This document shows, one piece after another, positions 41,825 through 55,549 of a stretch of 64,000 nt of DNA (positions within the stretch are counted from its first letter, which is position 1; every line of letters begins with the position of its first letter). The DNA comes from Octopus vulgaris (Eukaryota), in contig OX597815.1 in the NCBI GenBank assembly GCA_951406725.2, forward strand, positions 45,074,001 through 45,138,000, given 5' to 3'. Made by a program: the position numbers and the translations under genes. The notes under the pieces were generated by a model, which saw only the letters and a program-made list of their open reading frames with translations, did not search any database and had not been told where the DNA came from.

Positions 41825-42150
41825 GTACATTTAAACATATAAGGAATCCACTCGTGAGATTCAACACGCTAGAAAGAACAGCTAGATTCTATAACCAAAA
41901 AATTAGGGATAAAATCCGACAGAAACGAAATGAGACAAATAAAAACTTTTACCATCTAGTTTCATGGACCAATTGGTTTCTGATTTTAGTTTAGCAAATA
42001 AATAATATTCGGTAGGTGTAATCTTCGTCAACAGGTACACCTTAGATTAAATATATAAAACACGAGGCAAATATTGTAAGTTTTTGGATAATTTTCGGAT
42101 TTTAAAAGTTGTCATTTTTTTATTGCCGACGAGGGGCACAAATTTGATTG
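41821..42150 (-). mobile_element. PLE pseudo-LTR fragment related to 21401-22290, with decayed hammerhead (41963-42036)
   Basis: Shares TAAGGAATCCACT, AGAAAGAACAGCTAG and ACCATCTAGT..GGACCA.TTGGTTTCTGAT. Minus strand reads TTGACGA..GAAA-CCAATTGG-TC. Confidence 0.7.
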
Positions 42151-42290
42151 CCTATGTATATACATATATATACATATATGTCCGGGGTTAACATAGGTAA
42201 TTTATACCGGTAGTAAAAACAGATATTCCTATCTCTTAGACGGTCATTCCAACCGCTAACTCTACTAACATTTATATATATATATATATA

Positions 42291-43366
42291 TAACGGGAAG
42301 GTTTAAGAAAATAAACAAAAGACGAAGGCAAGTGGAGTACAAACAAGCAAATGTATTAGTATGGCGCTCAGGAATAGAAATAGAACAGGTCTTTTACGTT
42401 TCGAGCCTACGCTCTTCGACAGAAAGATACACAGAAAAGAAACAAGGAGAGAAAAAAATGCGTGTAGGAGCTAACGGTCCATCATGGCGTTCTGACTTCA
42501 GTGGTCAGAGGTCAGACGTTGGACGCTAGAGGGATAGTAGGGGAGATAACAGGGTCAAGTGACTTCGCCCCAACACGAAGGTGCGTGTGTGTATAAGAGA
42601 GTATGCATGTGCGTGTGAAAGAGGGCTGGTGATCTGGACGTGTGTATGTATGTATGTGTAGGTGTGGAGATATGGGGATGGGTGTGTGGGTGGTGTGTTG
42701 TGATGTGATGTGTAATGTGGGCGGTGTGCTGTGGGTGGTGTGTTGTGATGTGATGTGTAATGTCGTATGGTGTAGTGTAGTGTGATGTTGTGTGGAGGTA
42801 GGGGCGAGAGCGGGGAAAACCCATGTGGGATGTGGGTTCGGCTGGGGGTTGGGGTAGAGTGGGGATTGTGGGGAGAATGAGAGGAGAAGAGAAGAGAGAG
42901 GAGGGGCGGATGGGGGAGGGGTGATGAGATGAGGAGAGGGAGAAGGAGGGAGAGGAGGAGAAGGAGGGGGAGGAGGGAGAGGAGAAGGAGGGGGAGGAGG
43001 AGAGGGAGAGAAGGGGAGTGAGGGAGCAGAGAGAAAGAGAGCAGGGGAAGAGGGAAGAAGAAAGAAGAAGGGAAATAAGGGAAGAGGAGGGAAAGAGAGT
43101 AGGAGTGAAAAGATAAAGGACTGAAGAGAAGTAGGAGTCGGAGGGGGGGAGATTAGATGAAAAGGGGGGTGAGTTGAGCCCAAATGGCGTAAAAGAGCGA
43201 AGAGAGAAGATTAATCCCTGTTCACGGCGCAAGCGGGAATCCGGATTGCCTCTGTGCAAAGACAATCCGAACACAGACAGGTGTTGCAAGGAGTGACCGG
43301 TGGAGCGGAAATGGCGTGAGACTGGTGTGTCATTGGCGAGGCGGATGTCTCGGAGGTGTTCCGCGA

Positions 43367-43370
<4 letters not shown>
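42291..43370 (-). mobile_element. 5'-truncated Penelope-like retroelement (GIY-YIG C-terminus + 3' region) inserted in (TA)n
   Basis: RFAEHLRDIRLANDTPVSRHFRSTGHSLQHLSVFGLSLHRGNPDSRLRREQGLIFSLRSFTPFGLN. TA repeats on both sides. Confidence 0.9.
42390..42427 (-). ncRNA. Minimal type I hammerhead (A6U variant) in the PLE 3' region
   Basis: TCTTT-CTGTCGA-A-GAGC-GTAG-GCTC-GAAA-CG-TA-AAAGA. Confidence 0.7.
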
Positions 43371-43445
<75 letters not shown>

Positions 43446-43447
<2 letters not shown>

Positions 43448-43728
43448 GAGGCGCAATGGCCCAGTGGTTAGGGCAGCGGACTCGCGGTCGTAGGATCGCG
43501 GTTTCGATTCCCAGACCGGGTCTTGTGAGTGTTTATTGAGCGAAAACACCTAAAGCTCCACGATGCTCCGACAGGGGATGGTGGTGATCCCTGCTGTACT
43601 CTTTCGCCGCAACTTTCTCTCACTCTTTCTTCTGTTCGCCTGTACGCTTAGCAAGTGGGGTGGCGTCATTTGAAGGTTAAAACAATGCGATGTGTAGCAA
43701 CATCTGATAGCCTGGTCGGTCACGTGAT

Positions 43729-43735
<7 letters not shown>
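43446..43735 (+). mobile_element. tRNA(Arg)-like SINE H1 with a third tail type
   Basis: Head identical to 25600; the sequence diverges after ~43635. Confidence 0.85.
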
Positions 43736-43795
<60 letters not shown>

Positions 43796-43800
43796 GTATG

Positions 43801-43850
<50 letters not shown>

Positions 43851-44973
43851 CTTGTATATATAATATATATGTGTGTGTGTGTGTTTGTGATTGTTCCCCA
43901 CCACTGTCTAACAACAGGCAATGATTTGTTAACGTTCTCGTAATTTAGCGGTTCGATATAAACGCCCAATAAAATAAGTACCAGACTTTAGTAAATAAGT
44001 ACTGTGGTTGAGTTCTTCGACTTAAAATCTTCAAGGCGGTGCAACAACAGTATGGTCATAGTCCAGTGACTGAAACTAGATAAAAACTGTAAGTTAAAAC
44101 AGATCCTATAGTCACCAGTAGTATCGGAATTCTCTGCATTTTCAACCACCGTATTAATATCACGGCAGCAAAACCCCTTCTACCATCGCCAACATCACCA
44201 ACACCAACACCACCTCTACCACTACCACCAGCTTCATCACAGCCTGCACCACCATCACCCACCATCATCACTACTACTCTAAATACTTCACTCACTAACA
44301 GTTATACAAATGTTACCATACATTCCACCTTCCCCTTTCTCCCTATTGCTTCCATATTGTATAGCTGCCCCCTCACCCCATAATGATCATCACTATAATT
44401 ATTATCATAATAACTGCTATTATTTCAACAGGTTTATCCCCGTCCTCATCACAGTTATTTCTAACACTGCCATCCTTACTTCAACTCCCTTATTTTACCA
44501 TATATGCGCCGTCTGCATTTAAACTAACGTTCAACGAAAAGACCTCTAAGCTGTCGCCCTATCTGTTAAAAATAGCAACTAAATTTGCCTCAGTTACAAA
44601 CCACTGTCTTTAAACAAAAAGCGAAATACATTCGTAGTGTTAGATGTACAATGTAGTCCTGGGCGTGCTGTATAGACTAAATTATATTTTGTAGTCTTAG
44701 ATATGCTTGTTAGTGTTAGAGAAATATGTGTTATGTATCTTAGGGTAAGGATAAAAGTCCTTCCCCACTCGTATAGACTCGTTGGGATTGTTCCCCGGTT
44801 ACTGTGACGCATATATTCTCCTGCGACAGGTGCCGTCGTTTCGTCGTAGGAATACTCATTTTTCCAACTGAGTATTTTGTCCGAGGCGTTAATGATTTTG
44901 ACTGGTTGCCACCTTATAATTTAACTCAGGCCAACGTCATAGGCGTCGACCTGTGATAAGAAGTGATTTAGTC

Positions 44974-46004
44974 GGTTTGGCTGCCAGCATCAGTTCTGTT
45001 CGAATTGATTTCATATTCAGTGTAATGATACACTTTTATTGGCTAATGAAAGACGTGAAAATCATTTTCGCTATAAATCAATAAATAGTTATTAGCAATT
45101 TAAGTTTGAACATTTTGGTAATTTTAGCCAATTGTAAGCCACAGACATATTCATGCCTGTTTCCATAGTAACAAGCGGAACAAGAGAACCCTTTTGTCTG
45201 AGAGAAATACATTGAAACCACTTGTTTTACGTTTCTGTTGACGATTGAACATGTCAATTTATGAACTGGTCAACAAAATGTTTGTTTTTTAAGAATATTT
45301 AATTTGTAACGCGTTGTTCATCACATTTGCATAAAATCCATATTGAATACTTAAAACTACTTGTTTACACGTTTCTTTTTGTAATTGAGATGGTTGTGTG
45401 AGGTGTGCTAAAAATAACAGCTAAATAACGTTTTTTGGATAAATCTTTTGAATTAAAATAAACATTTATTTACATGAAAGGAAATTACTGGAGAACTTTC
45501 GTCTAATTCTTCCAAATCGTTCTGTTAAAACTTATTGAAACCATTTGTGGAGAAAAATTGTAATGATGTGTTTATCGCATGTAACGCGTTCTTCATCGCT
45601 TTTGCGTTAAATATGCATATTAAATGCTTAAAACTATTTGTTTACTCGTTTCTTTTTGGCATTGAGGTGAGTTATGAAGCGTGCTAAATGTAACAGCTAA
45701 ATAATGTTTTTTTTTTTGATAAATCTTTTAAGTTCGTGCTATCGCATTAAATGCATATTGAATGCTTCAAACAATTTTCTGGATGTTGACGACAAAATGT
45801 GCAGTCCCGCACAAAATAACAGCTTCCAAATCCTGTTTGTTGACTGGGTTAAAATGCTCAACTTTAAACCTGTATAACTTTTTTAAATCATTTTTCTGGG
45901 AAAAGTGAAATAGTTCCAGCAGTTCAGCTTGGAAAAGTAGATTATTGTGCCAAATTTTAAAATAATCGACAAACTTTGATTTTTGAAATGCTGGCAGTCA
46001 AACC
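44974..46004. mobile_element. ~1-kb non-autonomous TIR DNA element splitting an S2 SINE
   Basis: 17-bp TIRs GGTTTGGCTGCCAGCAT / ATGCTGGCAGTCAAACC. Internal repeats at ~45304 and ~45580. SINE sequence resumes at 46005. Confidence 0.7.
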
Positions 46005-46743
46005 CATGGTTCCGAGTTCAGTCCCACGGTGTGACACTATGGACGAAAATCGTCTTCTATAGCTCCGAGATGGTCAAAGCCTTCTGAGTGAATTTGGTAA
46101 ACATAAACTGAAAGACATCCGGGGAACAACGTGAAATGAAGTGCATTGCTTAAGAACACAAAGCATCAACCCGGTCCAGGAATCGAAACCACAATCTTAC
46201 GATCACGAGTCCAACGCCCTAACCACCAAGCCACGCGCCTCCACCTATGTATTTTAGATATGATATAAAGGGAAAAAAGATAGGGCATCGTTACGGTTCG
46301 AACGCCGCAATACCAGATTGGGAGTAACCTACAACAACACTACTACCAACCACCACAACTACCACTAACAACAACCAGCCTCTGCCTTTTCCCTGCATAC
46401 ATAATCCACATTAAAACCTCACTTATACATTCTACCCACTATCATCACCGCCTTTACCTCCACAAACTCTAGCACGGATATTAGTACACGTAACCCAGCT
46501 ACTGAAGCGTATATAGCATGTGTATGTGCTTTGTACGTGCTTGCGTGTGTGCCTGCGTGTGTGTGTGTTTTGTGTATGCGTGTGTGTGTATGCGTGTGTG
46601 TATGCGTGTGTGTATGCGTGTTTAACCATTTATGAATTTTACTCATCTATGATTGTATATATGGTCTTACACACTCATTTATATGCATATTCATGCATAC
46701 ATATATATACACATATTCATAGACACATATGCACACACAAACA

Positions 46744-46785
<42 letters not shown>

Positions 46786-47009
46786 CATATACATGGCTGT
46801 ATATGTGCATGTACATACACACATACATTTGTATATATATGCAAGTATATTTGTGTATGTGTGTTATCTACGTATAAGAAAACACAAACATATATGTGTG
46901 TATGTGTGCATGTATGTATGTATGCAAGTATGCACGTACGTACGTACGTATGTATATATGCATGCATGCACGTATTTATTTATATATGTTATATATGTAT
47001 GTATGCGTG

Positions 47010-47086
<77 letters not shown>

Positions 47087-47434
47087 GCACTCTCAGACAC
47101 ATATATCAAGGTTGTTATTAGCGGTATTAATCCAGGAGGAAAAATTCAGAGTAACAGTCCCCTACCCACTACTTGTTTGCAAGTTTTTTATTTTTTTCCC
47201 TTGATTTGTGAAAGTCTACAAATAAATAAAAATGAGAAGAAACAGACAAAATTCCATTCTGAATAACGAACTAATTCAGCTAGTCCCATTAGTATCCGGG
47301 TTCTGCAGCTGCAATACAATGGGACATATATATTTCCATAGCAAACAATTACTGTCTGAAATTATCTTCGTCTGTAATCTATAATTTTTATATAAAACGT
47401 CATTTTTTTTTTACACAGAAGAGATCTGAAGGGA

Positions 47435-47510
<76 letters not shown>

Positions 47511-47782
47511 CACACACACACACATACACACACACACATACACACACACACGCAAATACACATAAGCAAAATAAATAGCTTGTTAGAAAATCTCAATAGG
47601 AGATGAAAGTAGTAACTCTAATGACAAGTAATGTTAATCGCCACATCAGTATGGCTATTCGATGTTACTACTGTTTTAACTCCAGGCAGACCTTCTGCCA
47701 GCTGGTTATAGGTGCAGCCTGTACACTGCATATATTGCAAGCAGGGGAGCGAACCCCTACCATCCTTCAGCTGACGACGGGA

Positions 47783-47832
47783 TCACGAGACCGAATCGGT
47801 TTCGGGTTATTTGTACCCGTCTGCAGTCGTGA
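47783..47832 (-). ncRNA. Type I hammerhead motif (A6C variant)
   Basis: TCACGA-CTGCAGA-C-GGGT-ACAAATA-ACCC-GAAA-CCGATTCGG-TC-TCGTGA. Confidence 0.7.
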
Positions 47833-48006
47833 ACACCCAGCTGCTACATACGTACATACTTACATGCATGCATACATACATACAAACATGCATACATACA
47901 TGTACGCATACATACATACATACATACATACATACATACATACATACATACATACATACATACATACATGCGTGCATACTTACATACAAAAACATACATA
48001 CATACC

Positions 48007-48680
48007 TATTGGGATGATCAAAGAGTTTGTTCGGTCTTCTTCGATATTAGACTCTGATAAATAGCTATCTTTAGTCTGTCCCTTGCGGAAGTGCACTCGT
48101 TAGACTCTTGGCATTTCAACGTATTTTGGCGCGAACTTCCGATGAGACAAGTTGTATGTTGTGTGCTTGGAGTCATTCCGAAAATGGAGATTCAAAATGA
48201 ATATTAGCCACACCTCATGCAATATAAAAAAAGACAAGAAAGCGACGGAAATCTGCAGGAAGGTATGCGCTGTATACGAAGAATATGCTGATACGGAATG
48301 TGTGTCAGAAGTGGTTTCCAAGGTTTCGACAAGGAAAATATTTTGGTTCAAGATCCACCTTGATATGGCCAAGCAACTTAGATTAACTGTGATAAAAGTG
48401 AACGAGTTAGTCGTGACTAACACCCGTTATATGACCTGGATAATCGCAGATATTCTCAAAATATCCGATAGAGTGTTGAAAACTATCTGCATTAACTTGG
48501 CTACATTTGTAGCACCGATGTTTGGGTCCCACATCAAGTGAACGAGGCTAACCTCATATAACGGATTTCCATCTGCAATTCCTTGCAGAAACTTGAAGAA
48601 AATTACCCCTTTTCGAAAATAATTGTGAGAGGAGATAAAAATGGATTGTCTATAATAATATGAAGTGCAAACGCTAATGG
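48007..48680 (+). mobile_element. mariner transposon remnant (5' half)
   Basis: ATEICRKVCAVY, CQKWF and IVRGDKKWIVYNN. Left end TATTGGGATGATCAAAGAG. Confidence 0.8.
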
Positions 48681-49280
48681 GAGAAGTGTGTCTTTGTGTC
48701 TGTGTTTGTCCACCACACCGTTTGAAAACCCGCGTTGTTTGTTTACATCTCCGTAACTTAGTGGTTCGGTAAAAGAGAACGATAGAATAAGTACAAGGCT
48801 TTTAAAGAATAAATACTTGGGTCGATTCGTTTGACTAAAAACTCTTCTGACACAAGTAAAAGATAAAACGTATAAATCCAGAAACGTGCATATTTAAGAA
48901 TAATATATAATAGCAGCACGGAGAAAAGAAAAGGAAAAGAAGTGAAATTAACAACAACAACAACAAGAACGACAACAATAATTAAGGGGATACTTAAATG
49001 AATAGTGAAGTAGATGAAAGAAAAAAGAAGGCTGAAGGAAACTGCTGCCTACTGCTGCTGCTGTTGTTGTTAAGCAACAAGACGGGTAAGGGTGATTAGA
49101 TGATGGTCTAAGGCTTAGGGGCGGGAGACCCCAGATCTTGGAAAAAAAAACCAAATTTGGTCGTCTTGTTGTAGTCGAGGGCTCTTCGTTTACGACCGAC
49201 ACCACTGGGAGGTAGCCCTCGAAGTTGCTGGAAATGGAGATCTCCAGGTCCAAATTCTTGGACGGTTGCTACTGCTATTG

Positions 49281-49311
<31 letters not shown>

Positions 49312-49474
49312 GAATGATGCTGATGCTGATGCTGATGATGATGATGATGAGGATGATGATGATGAGGAGGAGGAAGCTTTTATGAACGAGGATACAGAAT
49401 GACAAATAATAGCACTATATAAATAGTAAAACTTTTTCAGAACAGTGTATGTTGAAGCAAGTCAAGCTATAGAT

Positions 49475-49621
49475 CAGTGGTTCCCAACCTGTGGTCTGCA
49501 AAGGTAGAACTGGGGTTTCGAGAACATGTTAAGATGACAGACTTTTCAATATCCTGGGGTCCGTGGGAAAACTCATTTAAATAAAAGGTATCTTTGGTAG
49601 TGAAAAGTATGGGAACCACTG
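49475..49621. mobile_element. hAT (Charlie-type) MITE
   Basis: TIRs CAGTGGTTCCCA / TGGGAACCACTG, with an 8-bp TSD CTATAGAT/CTATAGGT. Confidence 0.88.
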
Positions 49622-49644
49622 CTATAGGTAATAGCGTGTAAATA

Positions 49645-49850
49645 TTCTTTTCTATTCTAGGCACAAGGCCCGAAATTTTGGGGGAAGGGGCCAGTCGATT
49701 AGATTGACCCCAGTACGCAACTGGTACTTAATTCATCGACGCAGAAAGGATGAAAGGCAAAGTCGACCGTAGCAAAATTTGAACTCAAAACGTAAAGACC
49801 GACGAAGTACCGCTAAGCATTTCGTCTGGTGTGCTAACGTTTCTGCCAGC
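49645..49850 (-). mobile_element. Meta-domain SINE S3
   Basis: Collinear with 13771-13980. Confidence 0.85.
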
Positions 49851-50713
49851 TTGGATATAAAAAGCCAAACGAAGACTGACTGTGATACTCAAGCTACACT
49901 GTTCCAAGAAAGAATTAGTTTCTTTGTTGGGAATCACTCTCCTTACAAGATTAAATCCATTCTAATAATACTTACACGCGCGTGCGCATGTACGCATACA
50001 TATACATGTTTTGGCTTCCAGACAAGTTGAGACAAGGAAGTAGCGTTTTCTACGTCCTTCAACATGAATTAATGTCAATGGAGGTAATACTGGTTTTTAA
50101 CGTATCCACAGTAATTCTCATGTAATTCCTTTCCATACTACTGGGGAATGTTACAGGTACTATAATTTTCTATTATCTGCTCCCCGCCAAAAAAATATAT
50201 CTTGCCGGTACACGTACAACAATTTCTCCAATGTGAGGTTATGTATTTCTCCCTGAATGACACTGCTTCTGAAATCACATGCTACAACCGAAATCATATA
50301 ACTAACACCCGCAAACACAATACCCCACTGTAACTGTAGAATGTCCCTCAACCTGACGGCTTATAGAGTTTTTCCTCTCCAAAAGGGTTATTATATACAG
50401 CGTAATTATAATACTATCGGGTGGCGTTAAACGGAATTATACAGAAATCACTAATGATATTTTGAAAAGATGCATTTATTAACATTTACAATAATTCGCT
50501 TAAAAGAATACTGAAAATACACATCTTGCTAGTTTCATTTCCACTCAAATAGTCTCACCGTGAAAGAGAACATATCACAATAGCTAGGAACATCAACAAG
50601 AGAACTCTCTAATTCAACGGAGTCCACCTGCTGAGTAAGCCTGAGTATAATATAGATATTAAAATTGCCAGGGATATACCTTAATCAGAGATCAGTGATA
50701 CTAACTAACTCTG

Positions 50714-50815
50714 GTCAAAAGGAAGCTTATCGGATCAGTTGGTCATGGAGTTGGAAATCCACAGATCTATGGATTTCCAACTCCATGACCAACTGATCCA
50801 ATAAGCTCCCTTGAC
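50714..50815. repeat. ~100-bp near-perfect loopless palindrome, inside a possible solo LTR (50335-50892)
   Basis: ...GGATCAGTTGGTCATGGAGTTGGAAATCCACAGA|TCTATGGATTTCCAACTCCATGACCAACTGATCC... Confidence 0.9.
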
Positions 50816-52182
50816 GACTGCAAGTCTGGATCGAGCGCTTTCCCTTGTACTATAGTAGTCTATCTTGTCATCAATATTTTTAGTCTACTACAAATTAGAC
50901 ACGCTGATTAACAATTAATGAATAAATACCAACCAAACCGGCGCTCGTCCAAACTCCTGTAGAAATGTTTCGATTTTTTCCCCCTCCTCAGTGAAAGATA
51001 GACACAGGTAGCATTAATTATTTGATGTGTGAAGTCTAATGTTTCGGGTTGGTGGTGTTTAATAAATGAGTCATTAAAAAAAAAAACAACGAGGAAGTGA
51101 TTGGAGTGAATGAGAGAGAAAGGAAGTGAAGTGGGACTGGAAAGATCATGCCCGAGTGATAGACGGTTGATATGTGAAGTGGAGTATTTTACGAATAGTT
51201 GAGGGAGAGGTGGGAGAAACTGCTAAAGTCCGATTATAGCCGCACTCTTTATTGAACTTGAGTAGCATGGTTTTGAAAGTAAGTATCTTGCTTTAACCGT
51301 CATCTTTTAAATCTTAGGAAGATCTTGCAGATTTTTATAGTCCCAGACATCGTGATCATGTATATAAGTATGCTTTCCTTTGAGATTTACTTAAGTTCTT
51401 AACGGATTTCAAACCGGTTGTTAACAAAGCGACAAGCCATTTCGAGTGAAGTGTTCTCGGGGTTCGTAGATATGTGGTTGAATTGGGATGTACATACATG
51501 TAGGTGTTTGTACATGTACTTGCACTTACGCTCTCTGTTAACATGTCTTGTCAGTGTTTATGTATTTCAGCGTGTATGTGTGCGTGTTTCATTACTTTTT
51601 ACACGTGTATCCTTGTTGATGCACAGAACCAAATATGTTCATATAAAAGAAAAAAAGAAAATCTCAGAAGAAGCCTCTTTGCAACGTCTAACAAATTTTC
51701 ACTGCGCTGGTAGTAGACTGGATTTTGGAGGATGCGCATTTGTTTCCTTTGCTTTTTCTTAGAAAAACCTAGTATTTCTAGTATTCTTTTCTTATGTAAA
51801 TCTGTATGTATTCATACATACATATCTACATATTTAAAAACAGTGAGGGTGGGTGTAATCAGCACGCTTATCGTGAAAATAAGAGGTGCGGGTTCGATTT
51901 CCACGCGTACTAATGCCCATTTTTTCCCGTTACGCGGGTTTATATTCCCTAATATTAGACTTTCTCTGTAGTGAAGATTTATAAGATTTAGTGAATATTT
52001 ATAAGATTTATAAGGTGAAGATTTATAATTTTATTTACAAAATTTCGCTCTCGACTGGTCCCTAATTCACACAGAATTCGTACATGCCTACATATTTACC
52101 GCTATACAAATTTATGTATGGGTGTATGTATGCGCGTATGTATGTATGTATGCGCGTATATATGTGTGTATGTATGTATGTC

Positions 52183-52476
52183 CCTTCTCGAGCCACACCT
52201 GGCTCATAAGGGTCGGTTTCCCAGTTACCTTGGCGTATAGGTTCCCCACCTGGACGGGACGCCGGTCCGTCGCAGGTGAGCTGCAAGATGCAGAAGGAAA
52301 GAGTGAGAGAAAGTTGTGGCGAAAGAGTCAGCAGAAGTTCGCCATTACCTTCTGCCGGAGCCAGGTGGAGCTTAGGTGTTTCGCTCTTAAACGCACACAT
52401 CGCCTGGTCTGAGATTCGAACCCGCGATCTCTCGACCGCGAGTCCGCTGCTCTAACCACTAGACCATGTGCCTCCA
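52183..52476 (-). mobile_element. tRNA(Arg)-like SINE, H1-related head with a fourth tail type
   Basis: TGGTCTAGTGG / GGTTCGAATCT boxes. Tail CCTGCGACGGACCGGCGTCCCGTCCAGG...GGCTCGAGAAGG. Confidence 0.85.
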
Positions 52477-52477
52477 C

Positions 52478-52510
<33 letters not shown>

Positions 52511-54840
52511 TGTATGTATGTATGTATGTATGTATGTATGTATGTGAGGTCACTATTACTGCTTCTAACAAGTAAACCAGTACAACCTATCGCATGATCG
52601 AACCATCGGCAACTCAGTAAGGCCGGTGAACGAAATACACACACACACACACACATTATATTTGTGTGCATGCGTGCGAGCGTACGTGTGTGTAAGACTA
52701 TATTGTCCAGTACATCTTTTATTTAAACGATGGGTTAAGATTTCAGGAAAATTTGGCTGGTATTTCCAGGTTGTGCAATCATTTAGAAGACGTCTTTTAG
52801 ATCACCAAGAACAATCGACATACGTTGACGTCACCTTACGTGTAAGCATAAAACAGCACATTTCCTTTCCCTTCTTCTTCTTCTTCTTCTTCTTCTTCTT
52901 CTTCTTCTTCTTCTTCTTCTTCTTCTTCTTCTTCTTCTTCTTCTTTATGCGTGTATGTATGTATGTGTGTATATGTGTGCATGTTAGTTTTTATATTTGG
53001 TTGGTTAGAATAAACAGTGATGTAAGGTGTGATAGAGGGTGAAAAACTGGCTAGCAATGATCCAGTCACACGCGCGTGAGCGCACGTACACACACACACA
53101 CATGCACAAACATTCACACGCACAATTACTCTACATGTATGCGTGAATGTGTGTGATTTCGAACTCGCGCATTTGCCTAGACTTAACGAGGGAGAAATCC
53201 CTACCATTTCATCTATAAAAATAATCATTTGAGGTCAGCTCAAAACCTTGGCCAAGAGATTAAAATTCTGAGTCATCGACTGGGTATGAACAAGTTCTTT
53301 CCGTTTTACTTTTTTTTCATTTTCTCCAGACTTACCTCAATACCTCCCTGCTTCCACACATAGACGTTCAGAACAGAATACCTGATCAAATAACACGAAA
53401 GTTCATGTCAGTTCCCTGATGGATTTCAAAATTGACGTCATCAATTCAAAATTCAATCCATATCATGTGTAGCGTTTTAGTTATCTATATAACAAATCTT
53501 GAATTTAACTGTTTGAAAGTTCCTTAAGTGTGAAGTCGTGTAAAATATATGAATAGATGAACAAACAAATAAATATATAAACAATAAACTAAAAAAGATA
53601 TCATAATCACGCCATTTGAAGTCAATGACTCACACTTGAAGCGTCTCACAAAAGGTTTAGAGTTGACCATGAAAGGTGTTTAAGCGGAGATTATATGAAA
53701 TTCGTTGCTTCGTTTACTTTCGTAAAAGGAATTCATAAAGCCTGCAACAACGACAAAAGTAAGAATGCTTTTAAAAGATAGTAAGTCACTAGAAAAAGAG
53801 AAGAAAATGTTGACATAGTTTGTTATGAGAACAAACTGTGTATGCAAATAAAACAACTCTTAGCTCATAGGCAAGCACTCTCGGGTTGGTATGCAATAAT
53901 TTTCTTTTATTTTTCAACTTGAAATTTACTCCCATTTCTAATCTTTTATTTTCTATCCTTTTCTCTTCAACTCTCGCATATAATTCGTCTCTGAAAATTT
54001 TGTTATATTTCCTATTTACATCACATTTTTTCTCGTATTTGCGTTATTCTTTCCGTTACATGTTAGCTAACAATGGTTTGTTTTAACACAGCAATGGCAA
54101 ATGATAATGGTTTCCAAACTCTGTACAAAATGGAACGTTGATGCACCCCCACTACTTCTGCTCGTGATCAGAGATGCACATATCGTCAGCCACTAAGGAA
54201 CATGCTCAACTGGTGAACGTCAAACAACTGACAAGCAAATCTGTGGTATTGAACAGAATATTTGCTGTAGCCCATCTTTTATACCAAGACAAAACATTGT
54301 ACATGATAACACTTCCAATCAGTTAAGATCAGAAGCCATGAGAGCCACTGCCTGGTACTGCAACACATGGTTAGGTATAAGGATAAGCTGTGACGATCAC
54401 GAAAATCTCTACAGCTTAACCTGACGTCTTGGGAAAGTCATTGCCTAGATTGATCTGCAAGGCGTAAAATGTGTCATAACGCATCAAAACAACTTGAGTT
54501 GAAGAAAAAGAACAACGAATTATCCTGCAATCAACATACACATTTGCCTAATCTCTGGCAAAATCAAAATAATCAGTGACCCCATTCTGACTTCAAAGCA
54601 GAATCCATCCCTGGACTCAAATTACATTCACGCATCTATCGTAAATAGATGCAAATTCTTTTGTTCTTTTCTTTTTAAAAGTTGTTTTCTCTTTTTCCTA
54701 CTTTTTAAAAATCTTTAAATACTCTTTCACACGTCGAAATCGACGGGAGCGACCATCATTATTCGACATTTGATAGTTTCATTCAAATTTCTGCTGCATC
54801 ACCTGCTACACCTCCGTATTGATGAGGTATGTGCAGCATA

Positions 54841-55254
54841 TAAGGCGGCGAACTGGCAGAAACGTTAGCACGCCGGGCAAAATGCGTAGCCGTATTTCGT
54901 CTGCCGTTACGTTCTGAGTTCAAATTCCGCCGAGGTCGACTTTGCCTTTCATCCTTTCGGGGTCGATTAAATAAGGACCAGTTAGCACTGGGGTCGATGT
55001 AATCGACTTAATCCGTGTGTCTGTCCTTGTTCGTCCCCTCTGTGTTAGCCCCTTGTGGGTAGTAAAGAAATAGGTATTTCGTCTACTGTTACGTTGTGAG
55101 TTCAAATTCCGCCGAGGTCGACTTTACCTTTCATCTTTTCGGGATCGATAAATTAAGTACCAGTTGCGAACTGGGGTCGATGTAATCGACTTAATACCTA
55201 TGTCTGTCCTTGTTTGTCCCCTCAATGTTTAGCCCCTTGTGGGTAATAAAGAAA
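54841..55254 (+). mobile_element. Dimeric Meta-domain SINE (two long tails), 16-bp TSD
   Basis: TSD GAGGTATGTGCAGCAT at 54824-54839 and 55255-55270. Confidence 0.92.
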
Positions 55255-55549
55255 GAGGTATGTGCAGCATTATGTGTTCTTGTCTTTTTTTTGTTAGTTG
55301 AGTACAAACTCTTCCCGGTATTGTATTGCATCATTTTGCTTTGTTATTGGGTTTGGTTGCAGTCTTTTGCTATATTAGTGCTTGTATTGTGTGTTGTGCG
55401 TGTAATGCAGGTTGTGTTCTTTTATTGAGTATCCGACCTGTAGAGTACATGTTGTGGTGGTTTGTTTATTTTATTGCATGTTCACTGTATAGAGTGTGTC
55501 TTGTGTTTGTGGATTGTTTATTTGGGTTGTACTATTAAATTCACTATTT

